From: Candidatus Calidihabitans tengchongensis
Lineage (GTDB): Bacteria > Sysuimicrobiota > Sysuimicrobiia > Sysuimicrobiales > Kaftiobacteriaceae
Length of the DNA stretch: 64,000 nucleotides
Reading direction: 5' to 3'
Assembly: GCA_031459615.1 (NCBI GenBank)
Contig: JAVKIE010000002.1
Span: forward strand, 105,445 to 169,444
The position numbers and the translations under genes were made by a program. The notes under the pieces were generated by a model, which worked only from the letters and a program-made list of their open reading frames with translations, did not search any database and was not told the origin of the DNA. Below are positions 1 through 9,369 of this stretch, piece by piece. The first letter of the stretch is position 1, and each line of letters opens with the position of its first letter.

Positions 1-320
1 GCCGCTACCCGCAGATCGTGCAGCAGTTCGTCACCGGCCACTACCGGGGGTTCAAGTACGCCCTGGCGAACCGCGAGGAGGCGGCCGACATCCTGCTGAA
101 GTACAACAAGAACCTCGACCGCGCCCACGAGATCGAGGGGATGGAGTTCCTCCAGTCCATCATCGTGACGTCGGCCACCCGCCAGAAGGGGCTCGGGTAC
201 GTGGACCCGGCGGCGTGGGACCAGCTGGCCAGGGATCTGGTCAACGCCGGCATCTTCACCGCCCTGCCCAACGTGAAGGCCGCCTACACCACCCGCTTCC
301 CCAGCGGGGTGATGCCCTGA
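1..320 (+). CDS. ABC transporter substrate-binding protein, NitT/TauT family; C-terminal fragment, 5' end outside the window
   Basis: The open frame runs from the window edge to a stop at 318-320. The C-terminal sequence resembles nitrate/sulfonate/bicarbonate-type periplasmic binding proteins, and a matching ABC ATPase follows. Confidence 0.55.
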   Translation, partial: RYPQIVQQFVTGHYRGFKYALANREEAADILLKYNKNLDRAHEIEGMEFLQSIIVTSATRQKGLGYVDPAAWDQLARDLVNAGIFTALPNVKAAYTTRFPSGVMP

Positions 321-340
321 CGCCCGGAGGGGGAGGCCGC

Positions 341-1183
341 GTGTCCGCGTCCGTGACGCCGATCCTGCGGATGGCGCGGGTCAGCAAGACATACGAGGTG
401 GCCTCCCCCCACCGCGGCGGCCCGGCCCGGGCGCTGGACGCGGTGGCGAACGTCACCCTGGAGGTGCAGCCGGGCGAGTTCGTGGCGATCATCGGGCCGT
501 CGGGGTGCGGCAAGACCACGGTCCTGTTTCTGCTGGCCGGGTTGCGGCCGCCCACGGAGGGCACCATCGAGGTGTGCGGGCGTCCTCCCCGGCAGGCCGT
601 GCGGGACGGGCTGTGCTCGCTGATCTTTCAGGCGCCGGTGCTGCTGGAGTGGCTGTCGGCCGAGGAGAACGTGCTGCTGCCGCTGCGCCTGCGCGACCCG
701 CGGTGGTGGCTGTGGCCGTGGGCGCGGCGTCGGTACCGGCCGCAGGCCGAGCAGCTGCTGCAGACGGTGCAGCTGGAAGAGTTCGCCCACTACCGCCCCG
801 ATGCCCTGTCGGGAGGGATGCAGCAGCGGGTGGCCCTCGCCCGGGCGCTGACCCTCAACCCCCAGGTGCTCCTGCTGGACGAGCCCTTCGGGGCTCTGGA
901 CGAGATCACCCGGGACCGCATGAACCTGGAGCTGTTGCGCCTGGTGGAGCAGCGGCGGCTCACTGCGGTGTTCGTCACCCACTCCATCGAGGAGGCGGTG
1001 TTTTTGGCGGACCGGGTGGTGGTCATGGGCCGGGGCGCGTCCCCGCGTACCGGGAGCAGCGTGGTGTGCGAGGTGGAGGTGAACCTGCCCCGCCCCCGCA
1101 CGCCGGCCGTGAAGGAGGATCCGGCCTTCTTCCAGATCGTGCGCCAGGGGCGGGCGGCTCTGCGGGAGGCGCAGCAGGCATGA
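341..1183 (+). CDS. ABC transporter ATP-binding protein (NitT/TauT-like)
   Basis: Walker [13 protein letters not shown] signature LSGGMQQRVALARAL and Walker B LLLDEPFGALD are present. Start taken as GTG 341 preceded by GGAGGGGGAGG (ATG 371 is an alternative); the track ORF from 215 overlaps the upstream gene. Confidence 0.85.
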   Translation: MSASVTPILRMARVSKTYEVASPHRGGPARALDAVANVTLEVQPGEFVAIIGPSGCGKTTVLFLLAGLRPPTEGTIEVCGRPPRQAVRDGLCSLIFQAPVLLEWLSAEENVLLPLRLRDPRWWLWPWARRRYRPQAEQLLQTVQLEEFAHYRPDALSGGMQQRVALARALTLNPQVLLLDEPFGALDEITRDRMNLELLRLVEQRRLTAVFVTHSIEEAVFLADRVVVMGRGASPRTGSSVVCEVEVNLPRPRTPAVKEDPAFFQIVRQGRAALREAQQA

Positions 1184-1680
1184 CCGACGCGGGCACCGAC
1201 GGCAGCGTGTTTGACCAGTGGCTGGCGGCGTGGGTCCAGACGCGGCGCCTTACCTACGACCTGCTGCGGGCGCTGCCCTACGCCGTGATGAACTTCTCCC
1301 CCCACCCGGAGTTCGGGACTTTCGTGCGCCAGATCCGGCACTGCGGCGACATCCAGGCGTGGTATCTGGAGGCTCTGCGCACGGGGACCATGGATATCTC
1401 AGCGCGGCCCCGGCGAAGGGAACTGGAGCAGTCCAGAGAGCACGTGGAGGCCTACCTGCAGCACCTGGACGGCGAGCTGGAAGGGGCGGTGCGCGGCCTG
1501 GGAGCGCAGGACCTGGGCCGGACCATCCACTGGAGCCCCGACGAGCAGGTGACGGTGCTCCAGCACCTGATGGCCCTGCTGCAGCACGAGACCCTCCACC
1601 AGGGGATGTGGGCTTTCTACGCGAAGATCGCCGACCTCCCCCTGCCGGACAGCTGGAAGAAGGCCTGGTCGCTGGAATGA
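1180..1680 (+). CDS. DinB/YfiT-like (DinB_2 family) protein
   Basis: A 166 aa product in a different frame from the long track ORF 505-1680. The ATG overlaps the ATPase stop (ATGA). The sequence is DinB-superfamily-like (four-helix, metal-dependent). Confidence 0.55.
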   Translation: MTDAGTDGSVFDQWLAAWVQTRRLTYDLLRALPYAVMNFSPHPEFGTFVRQIRHCGDIQAWYLEALRTGTMDISARPRRRELEQSREHVEAYLQHLDGELEGAVRGLGAQDLGRTIHWSPDEQVTVLQHLMALLQHETLHQGMWAFYAKIADLPLPDSWKKAWSLE

Positions 1681-1726
1681 CGGGCAGCCTCTTGACACCG
1701 CGCAACCTCTGTGAGAGAGTATCAAT

Positions 1727-1737
1727 GGTCTGACCAA
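1727..1737 (+). promoter_or_regulatory. Candidate GntR/FadR-type operator, TGGTCTGACCA
   Basis: A perfect inverted repeat TGGTC-T-GACCA matches the T.GT-N-AC.A consensus of FadR-subfamily operators. It abuts the ATG of the GntR gene, consistent with autoregulation. Confidence 0.4.
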
Positions 1738-2501
1738 TGGACCATTCCTCAGGGCGGGACTCAACAATAGTACCCCCTCCGGATGTCGCAGAGAATCTGG
1801 AGCCCATCCGGCGCACCCGTATATATGAGGAAGTTGCCTCCCAGATCCAGCGGCTGATCATCGAGGGGCGCCTTCGCCCCGGGGACCGCCTGCCCCCCGA
1901 GCGCGAGCTGGCCGAGCGCTTTGGCGTCAGCCGGACCTCCGTCCGGGACGCCATCCGGGTCCTGGAGCTGATGGGCCTGGTGGAACCGCGCCAGGGAGAG
2001 GGGACCGTCGTCTGCGACCTCAGCCCCGACTCCCTGGTCCACCCCCTGGCCTCGCTGCTGGTCCGCAACCGCGCCCTGCTGGCCGACCTGCTGGACGTCC
2101 GCAAGATGATCGAGCCCCACCTGGCCGCCCGAGCGGCCCGCCACGCCGCCCCCGAGGACGTGGCCCGCCTGGAGGCCATCCTGGCCCGCCAGGAGGCGCG
2201 GGTGGCCCAGGGCCAGCTGGCCATCGAGGAGGACTCCGAGTTCCACGAAGCCATCGCCACCGCCGCCCGCAACCGGGTGATCCTGCGGATCCTGGACGTC
2301 CTGATGGACCTGCTGCGCACCAGCCGCGAGCAGTCCCTGCAGGTCCCCGGACGGCTGCAGCGGTCGCTGGAGGGGCACCGGCGCATCCTGGAGGCCATCC
2401 GCCGGCGCGATCCGGAGGGGGCGGAGGGGGCGATGCGCCGACACCTGGAGGAGATCGAGCAGGTGCTGCTGGGCAGTCACGCACTCCAGACGGGAGGGTA
2501 G
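1737..2501 (+). CDS. GntR family transcriptional regulator (FadR subfamily, FCD C-terminal domain)
   Basis: N-terminal winged HTH (ELAERFGVSRTSVRDAIRVLELMGLV) and an all-helical C-terminal domain. Its stop abuts the start of the oxidoreductase operon. Confidence 0.85.
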   Translation: MDHSSGRDSTIVPPPDVAENLEPIRRTRIYEEVASQIQRLIIEGRLRPGDRLPPERELAERFGVSRTSVRDAIRVLELMGLVEPRQGEGTVVCDLSPDSLVHPLASLLVRNRALLADLLDVRKMIEPHLAARAARHAAPEDVARLEAILARQEARVAQGQLAIEEDSEFHEAIATAARNRVILRILDVLMDLLRTSREQSLQVPGRLQRSLEGHRRILEAIRRRDPEGAEGAMRRHLEEIEQVLLGSHALQTGG

Positions 2502-2504
2502 ACC

Positions 2505-3743
2505 GTGGGCCGCCTCTTCGCCATCGAGATTGTCTACCGGGGGATCTTCCAGAAGAACCTGGCCAAGAACATCAGCCGGGGGATCGTGCTGGCCGCCCGG
2601 CACGCCGGCAAGACCGGCATCTCCTTCGGCCGGTACGGGGACAGCCCCGAACGCAACGGCATCCCCGCCAAGAACTTCGCCATCGTGGCCACCGACGACG
2701 AAACCCTGCAGGAAGGGATGGCCAAGTACGAGCCCCGGGAAGTGGACATCACCATCGCGGTGGACGACACCCTGTGCAAGGGGGTGGAGTCCTGGGCGTG
2801 GTACGGGCTGCAGCCCATCAACCGCCTGCTCAAGCCTGGCGGCACCCTGCTCGTCACCACGATGCACGACTTCGACGCGATCATCTCCATGTGTCACCGG
2901 AAGGACTACCCCTACCAGCTGGCTCTTCTGCGGGGCATTCCCAGCTTTTCGGGGCTGTGGGTCTACAAGGACGACCACACCGACGTCCGGGTCCTGGGGG
3001 CCATCGCCCGGGTGCTGCCCGACCTGTTCGACCTGGACGCGGTGGAGAAGGCCATCCGGGAGGAGTGGAACGACGACCTGAAGGTGGCCTCGGCCCGCAA
3101 GGCGGCCGACCGCCTGCGGACCCGCGTCGTCCTGCCCACCGAGGGCAACCCCGAGAAGCCCTACGCCTTCGAGCTGCCCCGCTGGTACGAGCTGCGGGAA
3201 GGGCTGTCCATCCCCGCGATTCCGGTCGGGCAGGGCGTGGCCGATCCGGTCACCGGCCAGGTGGGCGGTTTCCGGCCGGCCCGCAACCCCACCTTCAAGA
3301 AGTTCAGCACCCGCACCATGCGGCCGGTGGTGGACTTCGACAAGTGCGTCAAGTGCACCCTGTGCTGGCTGCAGTGCCCTGACTCCTGCTTCGATGTGAC
3401 CCCCGACGGCTACTACGACGCCCACATGGAGGCCTGCTGCGGGTGCGGCGTCTGCGAGGCCGTCTGTCCCGTGGAGCACTGCATCACCATGGTCAACGAG
3501 ACCGCGTTTACCGACAACCGCAGCCAGTGGGAGATGTGGAAGCAGGACAAAGACGCCTATCGGGCGTGGGTGCAGGACAAGATCCGCGCCCGGCCGCCCC
3601 GCCAGCACGGCTTCCGGATCCGCGGCCAGTACGTGGAGGAGATCCAGCAGCTGGTCGCAGCCGGGGTCGTGGACCGCTCGCTGGGGGAGCGGCTGGCCGA
3701 GGACGTGACCGCCGAGCCCGGCGAAGCCAGCGCCGGAGGATAG
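2505..3743 (+). CDS. 2-oxoacid:ferredoxin oxidoreductase, fused gamma-delta subunit (delta = 2x[4Fe-4S] ferredoxin)
   Basis: The N-terminal ~190 aa resemble the POR/VOR gamma subunit. The C-terminus carries two ferredoxin CxxCxxCxxxCP motifs (CVKCTLCWLQCP and CCGCGVCEAVCP). A GTG start follows the GntR stop directly. Confidence 0.8.
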   Translation: MGRLFAIEIVYRGIFQKNLAKNISRGIVLAARHAGKTGISFGRYGDSPERNGIPAKNFAIVATDDETLQEGMAKYEPREVDITIAVDDTLCKGVESWAWYGLQPINRLLKPGGTLLVTTMHDFDAIISMCHRKDYPYQLALLRGIPSFSGLWVYKDDHTDVRVLGAIARVLPDLFDLDAVEKAIREEWNDDLKVASARKAADRLRTRVVLPTEGNPEKPYAFELPRWYELREGLSIPAIPVGQGVADPVTGQVGGFRPARNPTFKKFSTRTMRPVVDFDKCVKCTLCWLQCPDSCFDVTPDGYYDAHMEACCGCGVCEAVCPVEHCITMVNETAFTDNRSQWEMWKQDKDAYRAWVQDKIRARPPRQHGFRIRGQYVEEIQQLVAAGVVDRSLGERLAEDVTAEPGEASAGG

Positions 3744-3769
3744 CGCGGGGGGACATACGGGGGGACGCC

Positions 3770-4990
3770 ATGGCACAGGTGATCGAGCAGGCCCAGAAGG
3801 AGAAGGAAGCCCTCATCAGCGGCAGCGAGGCGATTGCCGTCGCCTGCAAGCTGGCCGACGTGGACGTCATCACCGCCTACCCCATCCGGCCCTACGACAC
3901 GGTGATGCAGTACGTGGCCAAGCTGGTGGCCAACGGCGAGCTGGACTGCGAGTTCATCGTGGCCGAATCCGAGCACTCGCAGTTCGAGATTGTCAAGCAC
4001 GCCAGCGCCGCCGGCGCCCGGGTCTTCTGCGGGAGCAGCGGCGTGGGGTGGATGTACGCCTTCGAAGCCCTCACCGTCACGCCGGCGCTGCGCATCCCCC
4101 TGGTGGCCATGGTGGGCAACCGGGCCCTGGACGACCCGGGGGCGTTCGGGGTGGAGCACAACGACGCCCTGGCCGTGCGGGACCTGGGGTGGCTGCTGGT
4201 GTGGGTCGATACCGCCCAGGAGGCCCTGGACACGGCCCTGATTGCCTACCGGGTGGCGGAGGACCGGCGGGTGTTCCTGCCCTGCGCCATCGCGTGCGAC
4301 GGGGCGTTTCTGACCCACTCCCAGGCCCTGGTGAAGATCCCGCCCCAGGAGTGGGTGAAGGCGTTCCTGCCGCCCTACAACCGCGGCGACCTCCTGCTGC
4401 ACCCCGACAATCCCATCACCGTCGCGCCCCAGGTGAACGAGGACTGGCTGATGGAGCTGCGCAAGCACAACGACGAGGCCATGAAGCGGGCCAAGACGGT
4501 GGTGATTCCGGAAGCCTACCGGGAGTTTGAGCGCATCTTCAACCGTTCCTACGGCAACCCGTTCTTCGAGGAGTATCAGACCGACGACGCCGACGTGGTC
4601 CTGGTGGGCATGGGCACCCTCTCCATGCCGGTCAAGGTGGCCATCCGCCAGATGCGCCGCGAGGGCAAGAAGGTGGGCTTCGTCCGGCTGCGGTGGTTCC
4701 GGCCCTTCCCGGCGGAGGAGCTGGCGGAGGTCCTCGGCCGGTACCGGGCCGTGGGCGTCATCGACCGGGACTACTCGTTCGGCGCGCCCCACGTGAGCGG
4801 CGTGGTGGCCACCGAGGTGCGGGCCGCGCTGTATCCCCACCCGTCGCGCCCGCCGGTCCTCGGGTTCATCTGCGGCCTGGGCGGGCGGGAGGTCACCGTC
4901 CCCGACGTCCGGCGCATGAGCGATCTGCTGTTTGAGGCGGCCGCCGGCCGGGCGGTGCCGCTGACCACGTGGGTGGGGATTCGGGAGTAG
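3770..4990 (+). CDS. 2-oxoacid:ferredoxin oxidoreductase alpha subunit
   Basis: PorA/VorA-like N-terminus (EAIAVACKLADVDVITAYPIRPYDTVMQYVA). ATG at 3770 lies within the longer track ORF. Confidence 0.85.
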   Translation: MAQVIEQAQKEKEALISGSEAIAVACKLADVDVITAYPIRPYDTVMQYVAKLVANGELDCEFIVAESEHSQFEIVKHASAAGARVFCGSSGVGWMYAFEALTVTPALRIPLVAMVGNRALDDPGAFGVEHNDALAVRDLGWLLVWVDTAQEALDTALIAYRVAEDRRVFLPCAIACDGAFLTHSQALVKIPPQEWVKAFLPPYNRGDLLLHPDNPITVAPQVNEDWLMELRKHNDEAMKRAKTVVIPEAYREFERIFNRSYGNPFFEEYQTDDADVVLVGMGTLSMPVKVAIRQMRREGKKVGFVRLRWFRPFPAEELAEVLGRYRAVGVIDRDYSFGAPHVSGVVATEVRAALYPHPSRPPVLGFICGLGGREVTVPDVRRMSDLLFEAAAGRAVPLTTWVGIRE

Positions 4991-5002
4991 GCGGGGACGT
5001 CT

Positions 5003-6046
5003 GTGCCCGAGGTGAGGACCATGGATGCCGTGGAGACCGCGCTGCCCACGCAGCAGCTGGAACAGATCAAGGGGGTCAAGAAGGCCCCCCTGGAGGAGTA
5101 CTTCACCTCCGGCCACCGCACGTGCCAGGGGTGCGAGTCGGCCCTGGTGATGAAGCTGATGGTGAAGGCCGCCGGCCCCCGCACCATCGTGCTGGGCAGC
5201 ACGGGGTGCATGTACGTGGCCAACACCACCTACTACAGCACGTCGTGGGTGGTGCCCTGGATGCACACCCAGCTGGGCAGTTCCGGCTCGGCCGGGCTGG
5301 GCACGGCGGCGGCCCTGCGGGTGTTGATGCGCAAGGGCAAGATCAAGGAAGAGCCCATCAACGTCATCGCCTTCTGCGGTGACGGCGGCGGGGCCGACAT
5401 GGGCCTGTCGGCCATCTCGGCGGCCCTGACCCACCCCCAGTACAACTTCCTGATCCTGCTCTACGACAACGAATCCTACGCCAACACCGACATCCAGCTG
5501 TCGGGCCTGACCCCCTATGGCGCCCACACCACCTTCAGCCCGCCGGGCAAGATGAAGCGCCTGCTGCACACCCGGTGGAAGAAGAACGTGGCGGGGATGC
5601 TGGCCGCCGGGCACCCCGAGTGCCGGTACGTGGCCACCGTGTGCGCCTCCTATGCCGTGGACTTCATGAACCGGGTCCGCAAGGCCCTGAGCATCGGCGG
5701 GCCCACCTTCATCCACTCCCTGGACCCCTGCCCCAAGGGGTGGGACTACGACCCGATGCTGTCCCACGAGCTGGGCGAGCTGGCGGTGGAGACCGGCGTG
5801 TGGCCTCTGTACGAGGTGGAAAACGGCGTGCTCAAGCTGTACGGGCGCACCAAGGCCATCGCCGAAAAGCGCGCCAGGCGCAAGCCGGTGCGGGAGTACC
5901 TGATCCGCCAGGGGCGCTTTGCCCACTTCACCGACGACGACATCGACTACTTCCAGGCCAAGGTGGACGAGATGTGGGAGAAGTGGCTGATCCCCGGCGT
6001 CATCCCGTTCCGCAAGGAGCTGGAGCAGGATCGGCCGCCCGTGTGA
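5003..6046 (+). CDS. 2-oxoacid:ferredoxin oxidoreductase beta subunit (TPP-binding)
   Basis: Cys-rich N-terminus (CQGCES...GCMY), TPP motif GDGG...N and PorB-like C-terminus. Start is GTG 5003, or ATG 5021 with a GAGGTGAGG Shine-Dalgarno. Confidence 0.85.
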   Translation: MPEVRTMDAVETALPTQQLEQIKGVKKAPLEEYFTSGHRTCQGCESALVMKLMVKAAGPRTIVLGSTGCMYVANTTYYSTSWVVPWMHTQLGSSGSAGLGTAAALRVLMRKGKIKEEPINVIAFCGDGGGADMGLSAISAALTHPQYNFLILLYDNESYANTDIQLSGLTPYGAHTTFSPPGKMKRLLHTRWKKNVAGMLAAGHPECRYVATVCASYAVDFMNRVRKALSIGGPTFIHSLDPCPKGWDYDPMLSHELGELAVETGVWPLYEVENGVLKLYGRTKAIAEKRARRKPVREYLIRQGRFAHFTDDDIDYFQAKVDEMWEKWLIPGVIPFRKELEQDRPPV

Positions 6047-6181
6047 CGTAGCGCCGCCTATGAGACGCACGGACGGGGGCTTGCCTGACGGGGGCCCCCT
6101 GGTCCGTCTCTGGGGCCGGTGGCGTGGCTCGGCCCCGGTGCGCACGGCGCGCAGGGCAGAATCCTGGGGAGGTGAGAGGCG

Positions 6182-7192
6182 ATGCGATCAGGCCGGGTGA
6201 GGCCTGCCTGGGTGGCGGGCCTCGTCCTTGTGGTGGCAGCCCTGGCGGTGCCTGCGGTGGGTGCGCCGGCGTGGACGCCCCGGCGCCCGGTGGAGTGGAC
6301 CATTCCGGCCGGCACGGGCGGGGGCGCGGACCAGCAGGCGCGCTTCATGGCACCGCTGATCCAGAAGTACAACCTCTCCCCCCAGCCCTTTATCCCGGTC
6401 AACCGGCCGGCGGGGGCGGGGGCGCAGGCGTTCCTGTGGATGATCGACAAGACCGGCGACCCCCACACCATCCTGATCACCCTGGACAACCTGTTTGCCA
6501 CACCGCTGGCCCAGGTGATCCGGATGCGGGACGGGTCGCGCTTTGACTGGCGCAAGCTCACCCCCATCGCGCGGCTGCTGCTGGACAACTTCGTGCTGTG
6601 GGTGCACGCCGACTCGCCCTGGAAGACGCTGGCGGAGTTCGAGCGGGCGGCCAAGGCCGCGCCCCCCGGCAGCCTGAAGATGGCCGGCACCGGCAGCAAG
6701 CAGGAGGACGAGATCATCATGGTGCTGCTGGAGCAGGCCTGGGGCGTGGACTTCACCTACGTGCCCTTCCCGGGCGGCGGGGCGGTGGCGGCGGCCCTGG
6801 TGGGCAAGCAGGTGGACTTCACCGTCAACAACCCCCTGGAGGCCGTGGGCCACTGGGAGGCTGGCCGGGTGCGGCCGCTGGCCATCTTCGCCAGCGAGCG
6901 CGTGCCGTTTGGGCGGTGGCGGGAGATCCCCACCATGAAAGAGCTGGGCCTGAACATCGAGTACCAGATGCTGCGGGGGATCTTCGGGCCGCCGGCCATG
7001 CCGGCTGAGGCGGTGGCGTTCTACGTGGACGTGTTCCGGCGGCTGATGGACACGCCGGAGATGGCCGACTTCATCGAGCGCGGTGCCTTCACCAAAGCCT
7101 TCCTCACGGGCGCCGACTACGTGCGGTGGCTGGAGCAGAAGGACGCCACCGTGCGGACGCTGATGACCAAGGGCGGGCTGATCGGCCCGTAG
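6182..7192 (+). CDS. tctC: Tripartite tricarboxylate transporter substrate-binding protein TctC (Bug family)
   Basis: Signal peptide plus Bug/TctC-like sequence, followed by tctB and tctA. Shine-Dalgarno GGGAGGTGAGAGG. Confidence 0.8.
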   Translation: MRSGRVRPAWVAGLVLVVAALAVPAVGAPAWTPRRPVEWTIPAGTGGGADQQARFMAPLIQKYNLSPQPFIPVNRPAGAGAQAFLWMIDKTGDPHTILITLDNLFATPLAQVIRMRDGSRFDWRKLTPIARLLLDNFVLWVHADSPWKTLAEFERAAKAAPPGSLKMAGTGSKQEDEIIMVLLEQAWGVDFTYVPFPGGGAVAAALVGKQVDFTVNNPLEAVGHWEAGRVRPLAIFASERVPFGRWREIPTMKELGLNIEYQMLRGIFGPPAMPAEAVAFYVDVFRRLMDTPEMADFIERGAFTKAFLTGADYVRWLEQKDATVRTLMTKGGLIGP

Positions 7193-7264
7193 GACGATCC
7201 CACGGATCCGGCGGCGGGCGGCGGTGCCCGGCCCCGCCCGCCGCCTCCTTGGGGGGAGGGGAGG

Positions 7265-7744
7265 ATGCGGAGAGCGGAAGTCGGCATGGCCGTGGTCCTG
7301 GTGGTCCTGGGCGGGGTCCTGATCTGGCAGGCGGTGCAGCTTCCCATCGGGTGGACGGCCATCGGACCCGGGGCGGGGTTTTTCCCCTTCTGGCTGGCGG
7401 TGGGGGTGACGGTCTCGGCGGGGGGAATCCTGCTGGGCCGGCTGCGGGCCCGGCCGGCGGCCGGCGACCGGGACGTGTTCATCCCGGCGCACGCCTGGCG
7501 GCCGCTGCTGGCGGTCTTCCTGCCCATGGCGGCGGTGGTGGCGCTGATGAACGTGCTCGGGATCTACCTGGGCGGCGCCCTGTACCTGGCCGGCTACATG
7601 TGGCTGGTGGGCCGACACCGCCCCCTGTCCATCGCGCTGGTCAGCGTGCTGGTGCCGCTGGCGCTGTTTTTCATCTTCGAGCGCTGGTTTCTGCTGCCGC
7701 TGCCCAAAGGGGCGCTGCTGGAGTCGATCCTCTACAGGAGATAG
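7265..7744 (+). CDS. tctB: Tripartite tricarboxylate transporter small membrane subunit TctB
   Basis: A 159 aa, 4-TM hydrophobic protein between tctC and tctA. Confidence 0.6.
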   Translation: MRRAEVGMAVVLVVLGGVLIWQAVQLPIGWTAIGPGAGFFPFWLAVGVTVSAGGILLGRLRARPAAGDRDVFIPAHAWRPLLAVFLPMAAVVALMNVLGIYLGGALYLAGYMWLVGRHRPLSIALVSVLVPLALFFIFERWFLLPLPKGALLESILYRR

Positions 7745-7747
7745 GGC

Positions 7748-9277
7748 ATGGGATTCCTGTCGGTCTTTGACAACCTGCTGTACGGCCTGGGCGTCGCCCT
7801 CACGCCCGTCAACATGCTGGTGGCGGTCGTCGGCCTGGTCCTGGGGACCGCCATCGGCGTGCTGCCGGGGCTGGGGGGGACCAACGGCGTGGCGCTGCTG
7901 CTGCCGCTGACCTTCACCCTCACGCCCACATCGGCCATCATCCTGCTGGCCTCGGTGTACTGGGGCGCCATCTTCGGGGGCGCCATCACCTCCATCCTGT
8001 TCAACATCCCGGGCGAACCCTGGTCGGTGGCCACCACCTTCGACGGCCACCCGCTGGCCAAGCAGGGCAAGCCGGGCATCGCCCTCACGGCGGCGTTCAC
8101 CTCCTCGTTCATCGGCGCGCTGGTGTCCATCATCCTGTTCACGTTCTTCGCTCCGCCCCTGGCGGAGCTGGCACTGCGCTTCGGCCCGCCGGAAAACTTT
8201 GCGGTCCTGCTGCTGGCGTTTGCCACCTTTGCGGGTCTGGGCGGAGGCGACCTGCTCAAGACGGTGCTGATGACCCTGCTGGGGCTGCTGCTGTCCACGG
8301 TGGGGTTTGACATCGTCAGCGGCCGGCCCCGGATGAACTTCGGGTTTGTGGAGCTGCAGAGCGGGATCAACTTCGTGGTGATCGCCATCGGGCTGTTCGG
8401 CCTGGGGGAGATCCTGCTGACGGTGGAGGAAGGGCTGCGCATTGAAGGGGTGCGGGGCCGGATCAGCTTCCGCGACCTGTGGGAGACGTGGAAGCTGTTC
8501 CCCCGGTACGTGGCCACCCTGGTGCGGGCCACCATCCTGGGGTTCTGGATCGGCGTTCTGCCCGGCACCGGCGCCACCCCGGCGTCGTTCATGAGCTACG
8601 GCCTGGCCAAGCAGTTCAGCGCACACCCCGAACGGTTCGGCAAGGGCGAGGTGGAGGGGGTGGTCGCCCCCGAGACCGCCGCCCACGCCGCCGGCATCGG
8701 GGCCCTGCTGCCCATGGTGACCCTGGGTATTCCCGGTTCGCCCACGGCGGCGGTGATGCTGGCGGGCTTTTTCATCTGGGGGCTCAATCCCGGGCCCCTG
8801 CTGTTCACCGAGCAGAGGGAGTTTGTCTGGGGCCTGATCGGCTCCATGTACATCGCCAACGTGGTCGGCGTCGTCCTGGTACTGACCCTGGTGCCGGTGT
8901 TTGCGGCCATCAACCGCATCCCGTTCGGGATCCTGGCGCCGCTGATCGTCATCCTGTCCAGCATCGGCGCCTACGCCGCCAACAACCAGATCCTGGACCT
9001 GTGGATCATGCTCGCCTCAGGGGTGGCCGGCTACCTGTTCAAGAAGCTGAGGTATCCGCTGGCGCCCCTGGTGGTGGCGCTGGTCCTGGGGGACATGACC
9101 GAGCAGGCGCTGCGCCAGAGCCTGATCATGGGCCAGGGTCACGTGGGCTTCTTCCTCACCCGCCCCATCGCCCTGGCGTTCATCGCGGCCAGCGCGGTGC
9201 TGTTCCTGCTGCCGGTTCTGCGGGGGTTCCGACGCAGGCCCGCGCGGGGCGCCCCACGTCCGGTGGAAGCAGCCTAG
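7748..9277 (+). CDS. tctA: Tripartite tricarboxylate transporter permease TctA
   Basis: A 509 aa polytopic membrane protein with TctA-family repeats (GVLPGLGGTNGVALLLP). Its ATG is 4 nt after the tctB stop. Confidence 0.85.
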   Translation: MGFLSVFDNLLYGLGVALTPVNMLVAVVGLVLGTAIGVLPGLGGTNGVALLLPLTFTLTPTSAIILLASVYWGAIFGGAITSILFNIPGEPWSVATTFDGHPLAKQGKPGIALTAAFTSSFIGALVSIILFTFFAPPLAELALRFGPPENFAVLLLAFATFAGLGGGDLLKTVLMTLLGLLLSTVGFDIVSGRPRMNFGFVELQSGINFVVIAIGLFGLGEILLTVEEGLRIEGVRGRISFRDLWETWKLFPRYVATLVRATILGFWIGVLPGTGATPASFMSYGLAKQFSAHPERFGKGEVEGVVAPETAAHAAGIGALLPMVTLGIPGSPTAAVMLAGFFIWGLNPGPLLFTEQREFVWGLIGSMYIANVVGVVLVLTLVPVFAAINRIPFGILAPLIVILSSIGAYAANNQILDLWIMLASGVAGYLFKKLRYPLAPLVVALVLGDMTEQALRQSLIMGQGHVGFFLTRPIALAFIAASAVLFLLPVLRGFRRRPARGAPRPVEAA

Positions 9278-9369
9278 CCGGCCGCGGCGTCGGCCCCGGA
9301 GATCCGGCCGGACACCCCGGTCCTGCGGAGCGCGGGGCGCATCGGCGGGCGTTCTCCCGCACCCCCCTC

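Noticed and set aside
505-1680. 391 aa track ORF spanning the ATPase region and the DinB-like gene
   Set aside because: The first ~225 codons are an out-of-frame overlap of the ABC ATPase (Ala/Gly/Arg-rich). Only the 3' 166 codons, starting at ATG 1180, form a credible gene.
1761-3776. 671 aa minus-strand ORF antisense to the GntR and oxidoreductase genes
   Set aside because: Low-complexity Gly/Ala/Pro/Arg-rich translation typical of the antisense frame of high-GC genes. It fully overlaps well-supported plus-strand genes.
3557-6145. 862 aa minus-strand ORF across the oxidoreductase alpha and beta genes
   Set aside because: Antisense artefact of GC-rich coding DNA; no motifs; overlaps genes with clear homology.
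6050-6181. GGGGGCCCCC palindrome after the oxidoreductase beta gene as a possible terminator
   Set aside because: A self-complementary 10-mer without a loop, and no T-tract; not a convincing intrinsic terminator.
6188-8686. 832 aa minus-strand ORF over tctC, tctB and tctA
   Set aside because: Same antisense-artefact signature.
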